Part shown: one piece after another, positions 51,268-64,000 of the stretch
Layout: each line of letters begins with the position of its first letter
Position numbering within the stretch: the first letter of the stretch is position 1
The notes under the pieces: model-generated
Told to the model about the DNA's origin: nothing
The model's database searches: none
Seen by the model: the letters and a program-made list of their open reading frames with translations, nothing else
Position numbers and translations under genes: made by a program
Source of the DNA: Octopus sinensis
Taxonomy: Eukaryota
Assembly: GCF_006345805.1 (NCBI RefSeq)
Contig: NC_042998.1
Location: 187,302,001-187,366,000, forward strand
Length of the DNA: 64,000 nt
Direction: 5' to 3'

Positions 51268-52520
51268 TTAGGTCATCCCATAAACAATGCAATTTTTTTT
51301 ATACTTCTTTTATTTTTCAAAATTAAGATAAACAAAGTTCTTTTTTTTAAATCTAAAATATACTCTCTTTCATTTTCTACAATGTTCTTCCATCTATCTG
51401 GTAGACTTGTAAGGCCCCTCTTCCAAAATTCACTTGCCTGTGATGAAAAAAAAATATTCCTCCAGTACTGTTCTGACTTTGTCTACAGAATTCATATTTT
51501 CTCCATCGAAACAATTTTAAAGACTGCAGAATAAATGATAATCAGATGGGGCAATGTCCGGCAAATATGGTGGGTGGGGCATTGTTTCCCATTCAAACTG
51601 CTCCAACCTTTGGAATGTCGTCCTTGCTGTATGAGGCAAAGCATTATCCTGATGGAAGAACACCTTTTGTCTTGAAACCAAAGATGGTCATTTTCTTTCT
51701 AGTGCTGACTTAAGCTGTTCACATTAGATTTCCTTTGTTACCGTTTGGTTAGGGTTTAAAAGTTCAAAGTGGACTAAACCTTTCATATTCCACCAAACAG
51801 ATATGTAGGTGAAGACTTTCTTTAGCCTGGGGTGGTGGTGTTTCTCCTTTCCCTATCCACTGTCTTCAGAGCTTGATATTTTTATAGAGAACCCATTTCT
51901 CATTGCCAATCGTTATTCATTCCAAAAAAGGTTCATTCGTGAGATGTGACAGCAAAGAACACACATTCACTGTCTGCACGCAATTACTCGGAAAGATTGT
52001 GAGGAACCCATTGACTCAGCTTGCTGACTTTTCCAATGATACACAGGTATCGATGAATGGTTGAAAGACCAAATCCAAGCTTCCCTGCTAGTTCCTTAAC
52101 AGTTACAATGGGATTTTGCACCACCAGGGTTTGCAGGGTGCCCTTGTCGTGCTCTACAGATTTTCTAGGACGAGGCTCATCTTGTAGGCTGTAGTTTCTG
52201 ACTTGGAATTTCTGGAATCACCATTGACACTGGCTTGCACGTATAGTCTGATCCCCATATACTGCATTAATATTCCTTGCGTCATTATTGAACTCATAAA
52301 GCAAAATATGCCAAATATGCTCCTTTGTCACTTCCATTTTAGCTTTGAGAAAATAACTGTTAAAATCAAACTGCACTCTTCAAAATTTGCACTAAGATTA
52401 AGGACAAGGTAAAATTACTACCTGCTTTTATAGCAAGTTGATGCAGGTAGTTTATCCTGTCCCCCTCCAACTTTTAGTTCATGCAATTGAAAAAAAAAAA
52501 CCGCATTATTTATGCAGCCA
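51268..52520 (-). mobile_element. Near full-length mariner relic, same family as 7700-8731
   Basis: TA-ttaggtcatcccataaacaatgc terminal repeat; partial opposite repeat gcattatttatg near 52503-52514; FHQDNA, PHPPYLPDIAPSDYHLF and LPDRWKNIVEN motifs; multiple lesions. Confidence 0.9.
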
Positions 52521-54394
52521 TTCTGTTAATACTCTGTATTTCAAGATATATTTCTTTTCTTTATCTGTCACCCTTTTCTTCATCTGTTGAGGCATATATT
52601 CATACTAACCCCAGACCCATTGTTAGCTATAATTTCTATGTAATTTCCATTGTGTATGTTCCCCATGTAGACCATATTAAACTTCCGTAAACGTTTCCAA
52701 TATTAGATATCTTCTATTTATTTAATAATATTCCTTTTTCATAGATACATCCTCCTCTCGTATACCCCATTACTAGATATGTCCTCTCTTACCTTCTCCA
52801 TTATTGCATATGTTCTTCCTCACATATGTTAATAATTATTTTCCTTGTACCACTGATTGCTAATTCTCTTACCTTTATTAATTCCTTGAATGTGATTGGC
52901 ATAATGTTTGTTGTCAACATTTGTATACAGCCCTTAACTCCAGATAACCATATGTATTCCTGTTATATCAGTTTCTTTTACAAAAATCAAGTATGCCTCT
53001 TGAAATATTTGTAAACTTAACTAGTTTAAAAGCCCAATTACCTGTGTTTGTGTCACTGAAAGCAATTACAATTTACTGGTGAGTTATGTCCTGTATGATG
53101 ATGCCACTGATTAATTTCAGCTCAGACATGTTTTCATTTCATTTAATTTATAATTGGATGTAATTGGATATTTCTTGCTGAGTGTAATATGTATACTATC
53201 ATATCTTTGAAAGCAGAGATTACTGGGTGGTTAAGAAGTTCACTTCACAACCCTTCTACTCTTGATTCAGCTTGACAAAAACAGAGTGAATTATATGCAT
53301 GTATGCATGTTTATAGGTAGACAGATAATTGGAAATGTCTACATGTGGTTGCAGCCTAGAATGACAAGATGATAATAGATTTACAGGAGAGAAAAGATCT
53401 AAGCAATTGCAACAACTGGCTAAGAATATCCATGCAGTGTGTTTCTGCCAAAGTGTTCTACAGTGTCTCTTGTCTGAAGTAAGTGGTTGATGACGTTTAT
53501 CAGAGGAACTGGTGGGATTCAGGTTGTGCAGTGAGAAAATCCTTGCATTTTGTAACATAATCAAGCTGAGTTGTGAGTTCCAGCAGCCACTTTTGGTCAG
53601 CTTCATCAACTTCAAGAAGGCTCTTAAGAAGATGCACAGGTAATCTCTGGGAACTTGGAGAAGATTGACATTATCAGAGGAGTGTGTTAAGGATGTGTAG
53701 TGTCTTCCCTTTTTTTTTTTGTGCTATGGAGGATCCAGCATATGAAACCAAATAGAAATAGGAAAGACTTGTAGACCTTCACTTTGCTGATGTTTTAGGC
53801 TTCCTTAGTGCCATATCTGTGGTAATGCAAGACATGGTCACCAGTCTCAGTAACAACAGCTCAAAGATTGTTCTTCAGATCAGCAATGAAAAGACAGAAG
53901 TGATAATTATTGATGAGGTGCAGCAGCAGAAAGTAATATAGAGAAGAGTCTTGGCAAAAATGCTGCTGTTTTCCTAATCCTGAAGCTTTTATGATCCAAT
54001 TCCTCCTCCAACCAAACTCTGCTTATATACATCATCATGGTGATGACAACTTGTGGCTGCAAGATGGGGAAAAGACTAGCAGAATCTGTAGAACTACTAC
54101 TGATGTCTTCCACAGGGCCGTACTAAGGATATCTTGGCCCAACTATATTATGAGTGAAGTTATGGAAAGAGTCAGGCTAAGTTACTTGCTGGATACCACC
54201 ACTGTGAAATGGCAGGTACTTGGCCATGTTTTGTGTGCTCATGAAAAAACCAGAGAGATTGAATAAAATACAAGGCAAATCTGTCAAGATCTGATTGAGG
54301 ACTGTGGACAAGTACCTGGCAGATATAGACCAGACCTGGTTTGGAGTAGAACTTGCAATCATGCTGGGTGGAAATCTCTTTATTCTATGATGTT

Positions 54395-54870
54395 CTTTAA
54401 GAAGCAATATCTGGTGGTCAATGCGGAAACTGGGGATAGACAAGTGGCTGGTAAGAGCTGTAAAAGCTTTGTACAGGGATGCTGTCAGTAAGGTGTGAGG
54501 GTGGGCAACGAGTGTAGTGAAGAATTCTGAGTAGAAGTTGGGGTTCACCAAGGATCAGTCCTCATCCCACTCTTATTCATTATAGTCCTCCAGGCAATAA
54601 CAGAGGAATTCAAGACAGGCTGCTCCTGCGAGCTCCTCTATGCTGATGACCTTGCTCTAATAGCCAAGTCACTGCCAGAACTGGAGATGAAGTTTAGGGT
54701 GTGGAAGCAAGGTCTAGACTCGAAGGGCCTTAGTGTTAACCTGGCCAAAACCAAAGTCTGAGTTGTCAAATCACAACCCCCTTCAGGTAGATGGTCCTGC
54801 TCGATCTGTAGAAAAGGCATGGGTAAAAACTTCATATGATGTACCCAGTGTAAGCTATGGACACATGAAT
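54395..54870 (+). mobile_element. RTE reverse transcriptase fragment
   Basis: IWWSMRKLGIDKWLVRAV...VGVHQGSVLIPLLFIIVL...ELLYADDLALIA...GLSVNLAKTK. Confidence 0.9.
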
Positions 54871-54944
54871 GGTGCATAGCTAATTCCACAGCCTATGTTT
54901 CCTCAAGTCTAATGAAGTACAATTATTCAATAACTCTGCTGCTT

Positions 54945-55250
54945 TTTCAGTCATTAGACTGGGGCACTACCTTGAAATATTTTTAGCCAATCACTTGATC
55001 CTGGCACTTATTTTTTTTAAGCCTGGTACTTATTCCATTGGTCTCTTTTGTTGAGCCATTAAGTTATGGGTATATAGACACACCAACACCTGTTATCAAG
55101 TAGTGGTAGAGGAAAAACACATGCACAAAGACACACACACACACACACACAATGAGCTTCTTTCAGTTTCTGTTTGCCAAATCCACTCGCAAGACTTTTG
55201 GTCAGCCTGCAGCTATAGCAGAAGAGGTTTACCCAAGGTGCCAAGCAGTG
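54945..55250 (-). mobile_element. Family B SINE, diverged
   Basis: gtacttattccattggtctctttt, (CA)n and cttctttcagtttctg..ccaaatccactc motifs. Confidence 0.75.
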
Positions 55251-58200
55251 GAATGAAAATTTTCTTTTTATCAAGCACCAAAGAACAACATCAAGGAAAT
55301 CAGAACTTTTCTTTCATAGTTTTTATCATTTCGAATAAGAATTTCCTTATGAATAGAGATCATAAACTATATATATTTGATTTAATTTTGAAAATAAATT
55401 ATGTATTATGTCTGTTTATCTCATTATTAAGTGTACAGATATCTACACATAAAAGCAATTGTTTATGAATTAGTGTTTACTTCTGGTTTTTGTGCACTGC
55501 TGTTATTTATCTATTGTAACTTTTGTCTGTACTTGTTTAGAAAATATATGTAAGTTTTATAACATTGTTAATATATAAACTTTAATTCAGAATTAAGGAA
55601 TTAATTTTCACTGCAACTTTTTATTTTGTATTTATTACTTTTGTCATTGCATCCCTAACCAGCCTTGATTTGGCACATAGGTGTTTGGTTCAAGAAATAG
55701 GTACTAAGTATCTTAAGCTCCAAATATATAAATCTCGGACTCATTGAAGATCTCCCTGTACACTTTGACAATGATTTATTGGAGTGCCATGTTGCCATCT
55801 GAGCAAGCTGCATTTTCTCTGTTTAGTTTCATTTGCTTTGTGAAAGTGTTCTTGCCTAGTGGTTTGGGATTTGAACCCGAGAACAAAATTGTGGGTTTGA
55901 TTTGTGGACTAGGCAGCACAATGTGTCCTTGAACAAGGTATTTTATTTCATGTTGCTCCTGTCTAAGGTTGTGTATATGCTTGATGAGAATTACTTATCA
56001 GTTAAAAAGAGTGGGTAACAAGATGGATTTTTGTGGTTCCTTTTGGGAAACTACAAATTCTCAAGGTATTGTTATTGTTTTCTACATAAGTTGGCAACAT
56101 TGGGAAGAATTTGGCAGCCAATGTTTTGTGTTCTTTTTATTGTTGATCAGCACTGATGCAGCAGGCTTATGATCAAAGGCATTCCAACCATGACCATCCT
56201 ATCTTTTTTGTATATCAGGGACTATGTTGTCCAATGTCTTCTTGATTTAAGATGGTGGGGTATAATTTCACTGCTATTTCTAGCTTATCAAATTACTACA
56301 GAGAAGCTCACTCTCTGACTTGTTTTATCTTGTTTAAGGATGTGTTCAATATTTGTTTAGAAATCAGCAGAGGGAATGGAGTTAAATGCTTTTCTGATGT
56401 CAACAGTATTTAGAATGATGTGTTTTGTGTTCATTGAATAAGGTTTGTGAGTAGTTTAGGTAGAATGGGGGCATTTATGGGTTGATGATACCAGGAATTA
56501 GCATTTCTAGTGTAGCTTTTTTAATTAATGCACTATAAAAATGGGGAAAAAAAGCATGTTTAGTCTTAGGTTTACCCTGATTGAGAAGACCTATGATGAA
56601 ATGTGTTTTGGTTATGGCCATCCTATTTTAAAAAGACATATTATTTTCTTGGGTCTAATTAAGTTATGATTAGACTATCAAGTGTAGCTTTCATTTTTTA
56701 AGATGGTAGAATGTAAAATGAGGGAAATTGGACTCTATTTTTACTAAGTTGAGTGACTGTAGAGACATCTTCATCGGTTCCAACATTGCTTGGGATAATC
56801 CTATTATTTAGTCTACTGAATAATAATTGTTTCTGCACCTGACTAGATTTTAGTTCTTTTCTAAAAGTACAAATCTGTGTCATACTACCAAGACTTAATA
56901 ATCTTGCTTCCCTTTTTCCATCTTTTTAAACAAATCTAAAACATATTGTTACTGTTGATGTTGTATGAAGGCCGTATATGGCAACACTGATGAAATACAG
57001 GACAAAAAGTCTTGCAGTTTTATTTTGTCTCTTCGTTTCTGGATTAATGAAATAACTACCAGTCAAGCATCCATGTAATTGTGGCCTTGTGCCAATTCAA
57101 GAACTCATTATTATTTTAATTCTTTGTACCTATCTCATATAGCTTCCTTGCTGAAATAGTGCAAATTTAAATATATATTGATGGCTGCATTACCATTTGG
57201 GTGTAAGCTGTTGCATCATCTACTGAATGGTGGCAGCTACTGCACCTAACTTTTAGTTGCTTTTGAAGAGGTGCCAGTCTCTTCAGTAGTACCAAGATAA
57301 TGTAATTTTGCTGTTTTTGCTCCACATATTTTTTCTTTTGAAACATATCTGAGAGTTCGTAAATAACAATCCTCAGTATGTAAGCTTTATTTATAAAATT
57401 GCTGTATACAACAACTGGATCTCTAAATGTTCAAAGACTATAAACTTTTTGGAAAAGCAAAACAAACAAATAAATAAATAAATAAAAAGGGTAAATTAAA
57501 TTTTAGCTTAGAAGTTTGTAAATAGATTGCTTTCAAAATGTCTTGCAATAATATCAAGGGAAGTGATAATTTTGCTAATATTAGTAACTGAAATAAAATG
57601 TATCTAATTAAATTGACACTTCTCAATCTTTTGTCATTTAAAAGTGTTTTCTTTTTTCTTTTTTTTTTTGTATAAATAATTTCCTCTTTGAATCAGAGGT
57701 GACATTTTAAGCTGGTATTTACAGTTTTTATCAATAACCTTCCTCAATCAGTAAAAAAAGAGGGAAAGTTGAACTTGTGTGTTTTTTTTCATTCATAAAG
57801 AAACAACTGTTTTATAGATTCCCTCCTCTCCATCCAAGCTGACAAATCTGTCAACCTCCTCTTTATCATCATCATCACCATAACAATTTAGCTGTTTTCA
57901 AGAGCACATATTTAAATAAAATCTTATTTCTCTCGAGTTATTTAAGAACAACTTAAAACATTGAAATGAAAATATTTTTATTCAGAAGTTATATTTGTGA
58001 TGAACAATGTTTTACTCAGTTTTAATAATTTCAGATTAGAATATTTAATTTATAACTACAGGACTGAGCATATTTAAAATAAGATTGGTAGCCCAATAAA
58101 ACTGAAGACACAGATGTGTATTGTGTAAAATTGATATATTATTTGATGTTTTAGCAACAACTTTAACTACAGGCATGCCATGTAGTTAAAGCCTTTGCTT

Positions 58201-59439
58201 TATAATTACATGTTTGATCTTGCTGTGCTACACTTGAAACAAATGTTTTGCACCATAGTCTCAGATTTATCCAAACCTTGTAAGTGAAATTACGAGAAAG
58301 GAAATTGTGAAGAAGCCTATCAACTGAAGTATGCCTGCTCTTGAGTAATGGTTTAATTCATTTCCCATTGTAGCACCACTAGGCCCTCAGTGGAATCCTT
58401 TCTGTTACAAGCAAGAGGACCAGGTCTCCGGCCTGAGCAAATTCAATTCCTTGGTCTGCTACTTCATGAGTTACTGTTTCATCTTCCTTTTCTTTCCACA
58501 GCCCTGGATTCTCTGCTGAAGGTAGTGGGCCCTGCTCTACCTCTTTTGTCTAAGATATAGAAATACTGGATAAGTTCTAATTTTGAAGCAGGGAGTCTTA
58601 TTGAAAGCTGATGAAGAACAAACAGCTTGTGAATATAAACTGTATTTCATTATTCAGAAATGTAATTACCTCATAAACTTGGAATATATATAAAGTTTTG
58701 AACTAATAATTTAATATTTAAATATTTAGCCTAAAAAATATGAATATTATAATATTCAAGTTCAGAGCTGTCTCCTATAACTTTGTGGCCTTTTATTTAG
58801 GAAATTAATGTCAATCTGTAAAACAAATGATAAAGTAGGGATGGCAGTTAGAATTGATGGTTTTGCAATGGATAGTGACAGGTACTAGTTATGTGTATAT
58901 TAATGTGCCATGAGTAGAAGAATTTAACTTTGCGTGTGGGGCTTTTATTATGCGGTAAAATCTATTCACAAAAACTAGCTATTATCTCAACGGTAGCTAA
59001 CAAACATGTCACTGCTGTTGGGGATTACTGTAACTAAGCATGGTCAGCAAAAGTAAATGCATAGGAGAGAGAGAGTGAGATAGAGTTGGCTATGAAGCTT
59101 CTGACACCAATTTTGAAAGACCAGTAAATCAAATCCATGACCAAGTGAGAAAAACTGGACTGTCTTTAGATGGTAATAATACATAGTTAAAAATAAAGTA
59201 AGCAACCCTATATTTAGGTTGTCATGTTTAAATTTTCTCAATTACTATTAGATTATTGAAGAGATTCTATTTTACATAAGTTTATGGAACTACAGAAACA
59301 GTACAATGCCAGATAAAACACTTAATGGTATTTAGTTGCTTTCCTCTACATTCTGAATTCAAATCCTGCCAGGTGCAATAGAATTAGTAACATTTATATA
59401 TTGTATGTTAGTTTGCTTTTATTTTTGACCTTGGACCAG

Positions 59440-60376
59440 TTTTTAGCAGCAAGCACTGTTGTCCTGATGAAACATCACTCCTTTTCGATTCACTAAAGCG
59501 GGTCTTTTTTTCTTCAAAGCTTGGTTCAAATGCTCTAATTGCTAAGAGTAGACTTGAGCATTGATTGTTGCATTAGGTGGTAACAATTCAAAGTGAATTA
59601 CTCCTTTGCAATCCCACCAGATAGAGAGAAGAACCTTTTTCCCATGAAGTTCCCTTCTCGGTTGTGGTTGAGCTTTTTCCCTTTTACCAAGCCACTGTTT
59701 ATGATGTTTAACATTTCGATAGAAGATCCATTTTTCATCACCAGTTTCAAGTCTATCCAAAAAGAGTGAAATGAGTTCGTGAGAATGGAGAGAAGAGCAG
59801 ATGTCAACTTGGGATTTGCGGTTGCTTTTGGACAATTCACGAGGCACCCATTTTCCAAATTTAGGAACCTTTCCAAGTTGTTGAAGATGATGAACAATTG
59901 TATGGTTTGAACTAAGCTTTATTGCCAATTCTTCAACTGATAATGCAAGATTTTCTTCAAGTAATGCCTCAAGGAGCTTATCATCAAACTCAACTGGACG
60001 TCGTCCTGTTCAATCTTCAAGGTTGAAATCTCCACTTCTGAATTTTGCAAACCATCTTCTGCAAGTTCTTTCATTCAAGCATTCTTTCCCATAAACTGAG
60101 TGTATGTTTTGAGTCACTTCGGCTGCAGAGTTTCCTTTTTTGTACTTATAAAGCATTATGTGCCTCAAATGCTCTTTGGATGCTTCTATGTTAGAAAGGG
60201 TTTCAATCGAAGAAATTTTAATTCTATTATTCTGTAAAATAATGTTTAATTAGTTTATATGTACAAAAAATGCATAAAAATGATTTTTAATTCCATTAGA
60301 CATTCCAAAAATACTATTAAATTTCATTCAATTTTAAGAAAAAGGTAAAATCGGACAGGACTTATGGGATGACCTG
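59440..60376 (-). mobile_element. Mariner relic (second family), 3'-truncated
   Basis: ORF 59542-59928 with GKWVPREL, TGDEKW and KVLLSIWWD, then FHQDN; terminal repeat ggacttatgggatgacct near 60357-60376. Confidence 0.9.
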
Positions 60377-62385
60377 CACCATCTCCAAAACAATTTTCTG
60401 GCCTGGTGCCTAGTGTAGAAAAGAATAAACTTTATTTTACATTTCTTGCCCACAAGAGATTATGTTCAATCTTTAGCATACTTTTGTATTACATTTACAT
60501 GGCTGCAACAATGAATTAGTCTAGCAGTTGTTTATGGCAATGCTTTGTGTGTCTGTACAGTGCTGGAATATTGATGGACCTACCTTCTCCTTTTGTACAT
60601 TTGTCATCACCATCATTTAACACTTTCCATGCTAGTATGGCTTGGAGGGTTTGACAGGAGCTGGCCAGCAGGCTCCAATTGTCAGTTTTAGTGTGGTTTC
60701 TATGGCTAGATGCCCTTTGTAATGCAAATCATTTTACAGTATGCACAGGTGTTTTTAACACGGCACTAATACAGGTGCTTTTTATGTGATACCAGCACAG
60801 GTGCTTTTTATGTGGCTCGGCACTAAGTAGCTTGCAAGACAAAGGTCTCTTGGTTGAAAGAGGGAAGGAGAGAAACTGAGGGAAGTGGCTGTGTGCCAAG
60901 CAATAGGTTAGAGTATGATAGAGGGGACAGAAATATTTGTCTTATTACAGAGGAAATACTTGGCCACTCCAGTAGGACAAGGAAGGTAGGAGAAAGTGTT
61001 AGAAAGATAGATACAACGAAAGAGAAGTTGGTGGTGTTGGAGATGTATTGGGACCTCTCCACAGTGAACAGTGGTGGTGTATAAGTAGTACAAGGGGAGT
61101 AGCAGGGGATGTTCCATAAGAGTTGTGAGGGAATATGTTTAGAGATGGGGGAAGACATGACTATAGTTAGTGATGGTGAGGGAAATTGTAGAGACTGGGA
61201 GGGAGTAAGGAAGCACAAGAGGGCATGGAGAGTTTGTGGATAGGCACACGAGAGTGGAGGGGGGATGGGGACTGCAGCAGGTGTTGGGAGATGGGAAAAT
61301 TTTGACAGAGGTCAGAGAATATGGGGAGGGGCATGACCACAATTCCACTTCTCTTGATGTGTCTTCTCAAATACAGCAAATTGCCTGGATCACAAGTCCC
61401 CTACACAATTAAGAGATTGGCACTTCTTTATGCAGCTGTCCTCAACCATTTTCATCACATGATCATACCCGCACAATCTTCTCTCTTGCACACTATATCT
61501 GATGCCTCTTATATCCAATTTTTCTCTTGAAGCACACTCTGTCGTACAAACACACTGATGCTGCACATCCAGCAGAGCATGCTGTCTTCAAATAAAAAAT
61601 GAGGAGAATGGAAATATTCAATTATTTACTATTTAATCCTATTCGATTAATGACATATCTTGAAGAGACCTTTCTGGATTAGTAGGTTGTTAGAATGAGA
61701 TTAAGTTTTCCAGATTTCGTTTTACTCCTGTTGTAACTCCTTTTCTTAAGTCTTATGGAACATTTGCCTTGGACTAAGTATTGAAGAATCATGCAAGCCT
61801 ATGTTGAAGAATTTCTGAATAGCAGTTTCATCATCTTTTATACACTCACTTTTCCATGTCAGCATGGTTTGAATGTAACCTCTTGAAGCAATATTCTATG
61901 ACCAGATGCCCTTCCTGATCCAACCCTTATTTTTAAATGAGATACTTTATATAGTACCTTATAAAATACCACTGGTTTCACACATTGAATTGTTAAATTG
62001 TGGGATATATTATGTGGAACACAACAGACACCACCACTGCTCAAGTGGTAATAATATGAAGACATAAATTTTTGTGTACATGAATATATTCACTCAACAA
62101 TTTTGTCAACCAAATTACACTCACAAGGCATTGGTCAACTTGAGTGAACTTCTTAATGACACAGCCATGCCTGCACCTATTTAGTTTGTTCCTAGATATA
62201 TGAAGTGAGAATATTTGAAATTAGGTAAATGTCTGGGTATTGAAAACAATTCCAAGTTGCTTTGAGTACTGGCATTTACAATCTTAGGTATCATTGATAA
62301 AAGTTGTTTAAAGCATATTAAAGAGTTTTAATTGCTCACAAGTAATATGTTATATCAATTCCTCTTACATTTTCTTTTTTTTTTA

Positions 62386-62426
<41 letters not shown>

Positions 62427-64000
62427 CCTTAAAACTGCTACTTTCATTTGATTTGCTGTAATTCATTCATAAGTACCTCAAACATACACATACTCCAAGG
62501 TTCACTTTCTTTCTCTCTCCCTCTCTCTGAAACAGACAAAAATGCATGTACTTTGTTTGGGCTTTAATATATTCTCTATTTTTCACCATTTAGACTTAAA
62601 CCAATAAGCATCATTATAAGCGCTCACTAAAACTGTAGATTTATATATAATTGTCACAACTGTTTCCTCTGTTACATTGTAGCCCTCAACCAACAGCGAC
62701 TGTTTGCTTCCACGCTGATAATGTGTAAATATGAAGCTTTCTTTAAAACAATTTGTATCTTCCCTTCAACTAAATAGCTCATTCCGTAAACTATTTCAAA
62801 ATTATCTTAGAGCTTTGTTTTATATGAACTTCACACATTATGCTGTACTTGTTTCCATACTCTTCTTACATAATGCTTTAGCTAATACTCTTTCTATATC
62901 TTTGGCCACCCATTTCTTTCTTTCCTTCCTTCTTTCTCTCTATCTCTGATTTTAAAACCTGTGTCTTCTTGAAGTGTTTGACAGCACCTGCTTCTGTCTT
63001 CCTTCTATTAGTTAATACCTAACCCTGGTCTAAAAACATTTAATTATTGATGAGTTTCTGTTTGGTAGGTTATAAATTGTATCCTGTACACATCCTCACT
63101 ATCAGATGAAAAGATAGTCAATAAATATAAGAAGACATTTTGAATAAGATAGTAAAGACATTATAATAATTAGATAGAATAAAGAAGAGAGAGTGTTGGT
63201 AATGTTGAATGTAAACAGACTTGGAGTTCAAGAATGGGATGTGACAAGAGATTTAAAAAAGAAAGAATATCAAAAAACAGAAAATTTCCTATTGATAGTA
63301 ACTGCTGTAGAGTATGGGACAGCAGGATGATTCTTATTTGTCTTTGATTCCTGGTTGATGCACTTAATTTATTCCACTACAACTTTCTGAAAGAATAGGA
63401 ATAGAATTTACTTTTCCTTTTCTGAAATCTAAATATGTAAAGGTAAGATTCTGGTGAACTACATGCGGGACAGTTTCAATTCTTGTTTGTATTTTATTTT
63501 ACTTATTTTATGTTGCTAATGCTCTGGAGAAAAGCATGACCTTTGTGCAATCTCATTTTCTACTTCCTATATATCTAAAGCATGCCTAAACTGTTTCCAG
63601 TATTCTGCCACAACCCATAGAAACAGTGACAAAGGTGCTAGAGGTTGTTGGGTGATTGTCCAAACTATACTGTAGAGGTTACCTTATCTTTTTGTCATAT
63701 TTAGAAAGCAGACGCTACTCCTACACCATAGCAGGAAGGGCTTCATTCACTAAGTTATTCAATCATACAAAATACTTGTTCAGTTGTTCTGATCTGAATC
63801 TATCCATTACACGTATACATGTGCATTCACTGTGTGATTGTTTGTGCATCTATATATGAATGCATGTGAGCATGCATGTAGTGTAACCCCGGCACCATGG
63901 TTTAAAAATATATTCTGTACCTATCTCCTAGATTATGACCAAAGAACATTGAGAATATTGGCAAAAATATGTTTTGGAGCTGAGTAAAGCTTGTCAGATT

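Noticed and set aside
51238-64000. Next CERT exon (DFKGEAITFKATT) and FFAT/START exons
   Set aside because: No matching frame seen; presumably downstream of the window.

Overview
AT-rich, repeat-dense animal genomic DNA. The SINE/LINE repertoire and (AT)n/(GAT)n microsatellites suggest an octopus (inference, not searched). The whole window lies inside one + strand gene, the ceramide transfer protein CERT1 (COL4A3BP/STARD11). Four conserved coding exons are recognisable: 31007-31123 (end of PH domain), 49383/49386-49490 (serine-repeat motif), 49780-49912 (coiled-coil region) and 51133-51237 (acidic linker). The first exons and the FFAT/START exons were not found and presumably lie outside the window. 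A strong candidate in-frame 54-nt cassette exon (43384-43437) sits between PH and SRM. Introns hold tRNA-derived SINEs, RTE/CR1/HERO/Penelope retroelement remnants, mariner and Tigger relics, and piggyBac-type MITEs. Unusual structures: a fold-back mariner derivative carrying a homogeneous ~40 x 22-bp array grown from its own transposase codons, a 34-bp array from an RTE ORF end, two clusters of a 31-bp hairpin repeat, and a 288-bp palindrome of a Penelope-associated repeat with a hammerhead-like core. Most ORFs in the supplied track are spurious. No intact autonomous element and no clearly new multi-gene system were seen.
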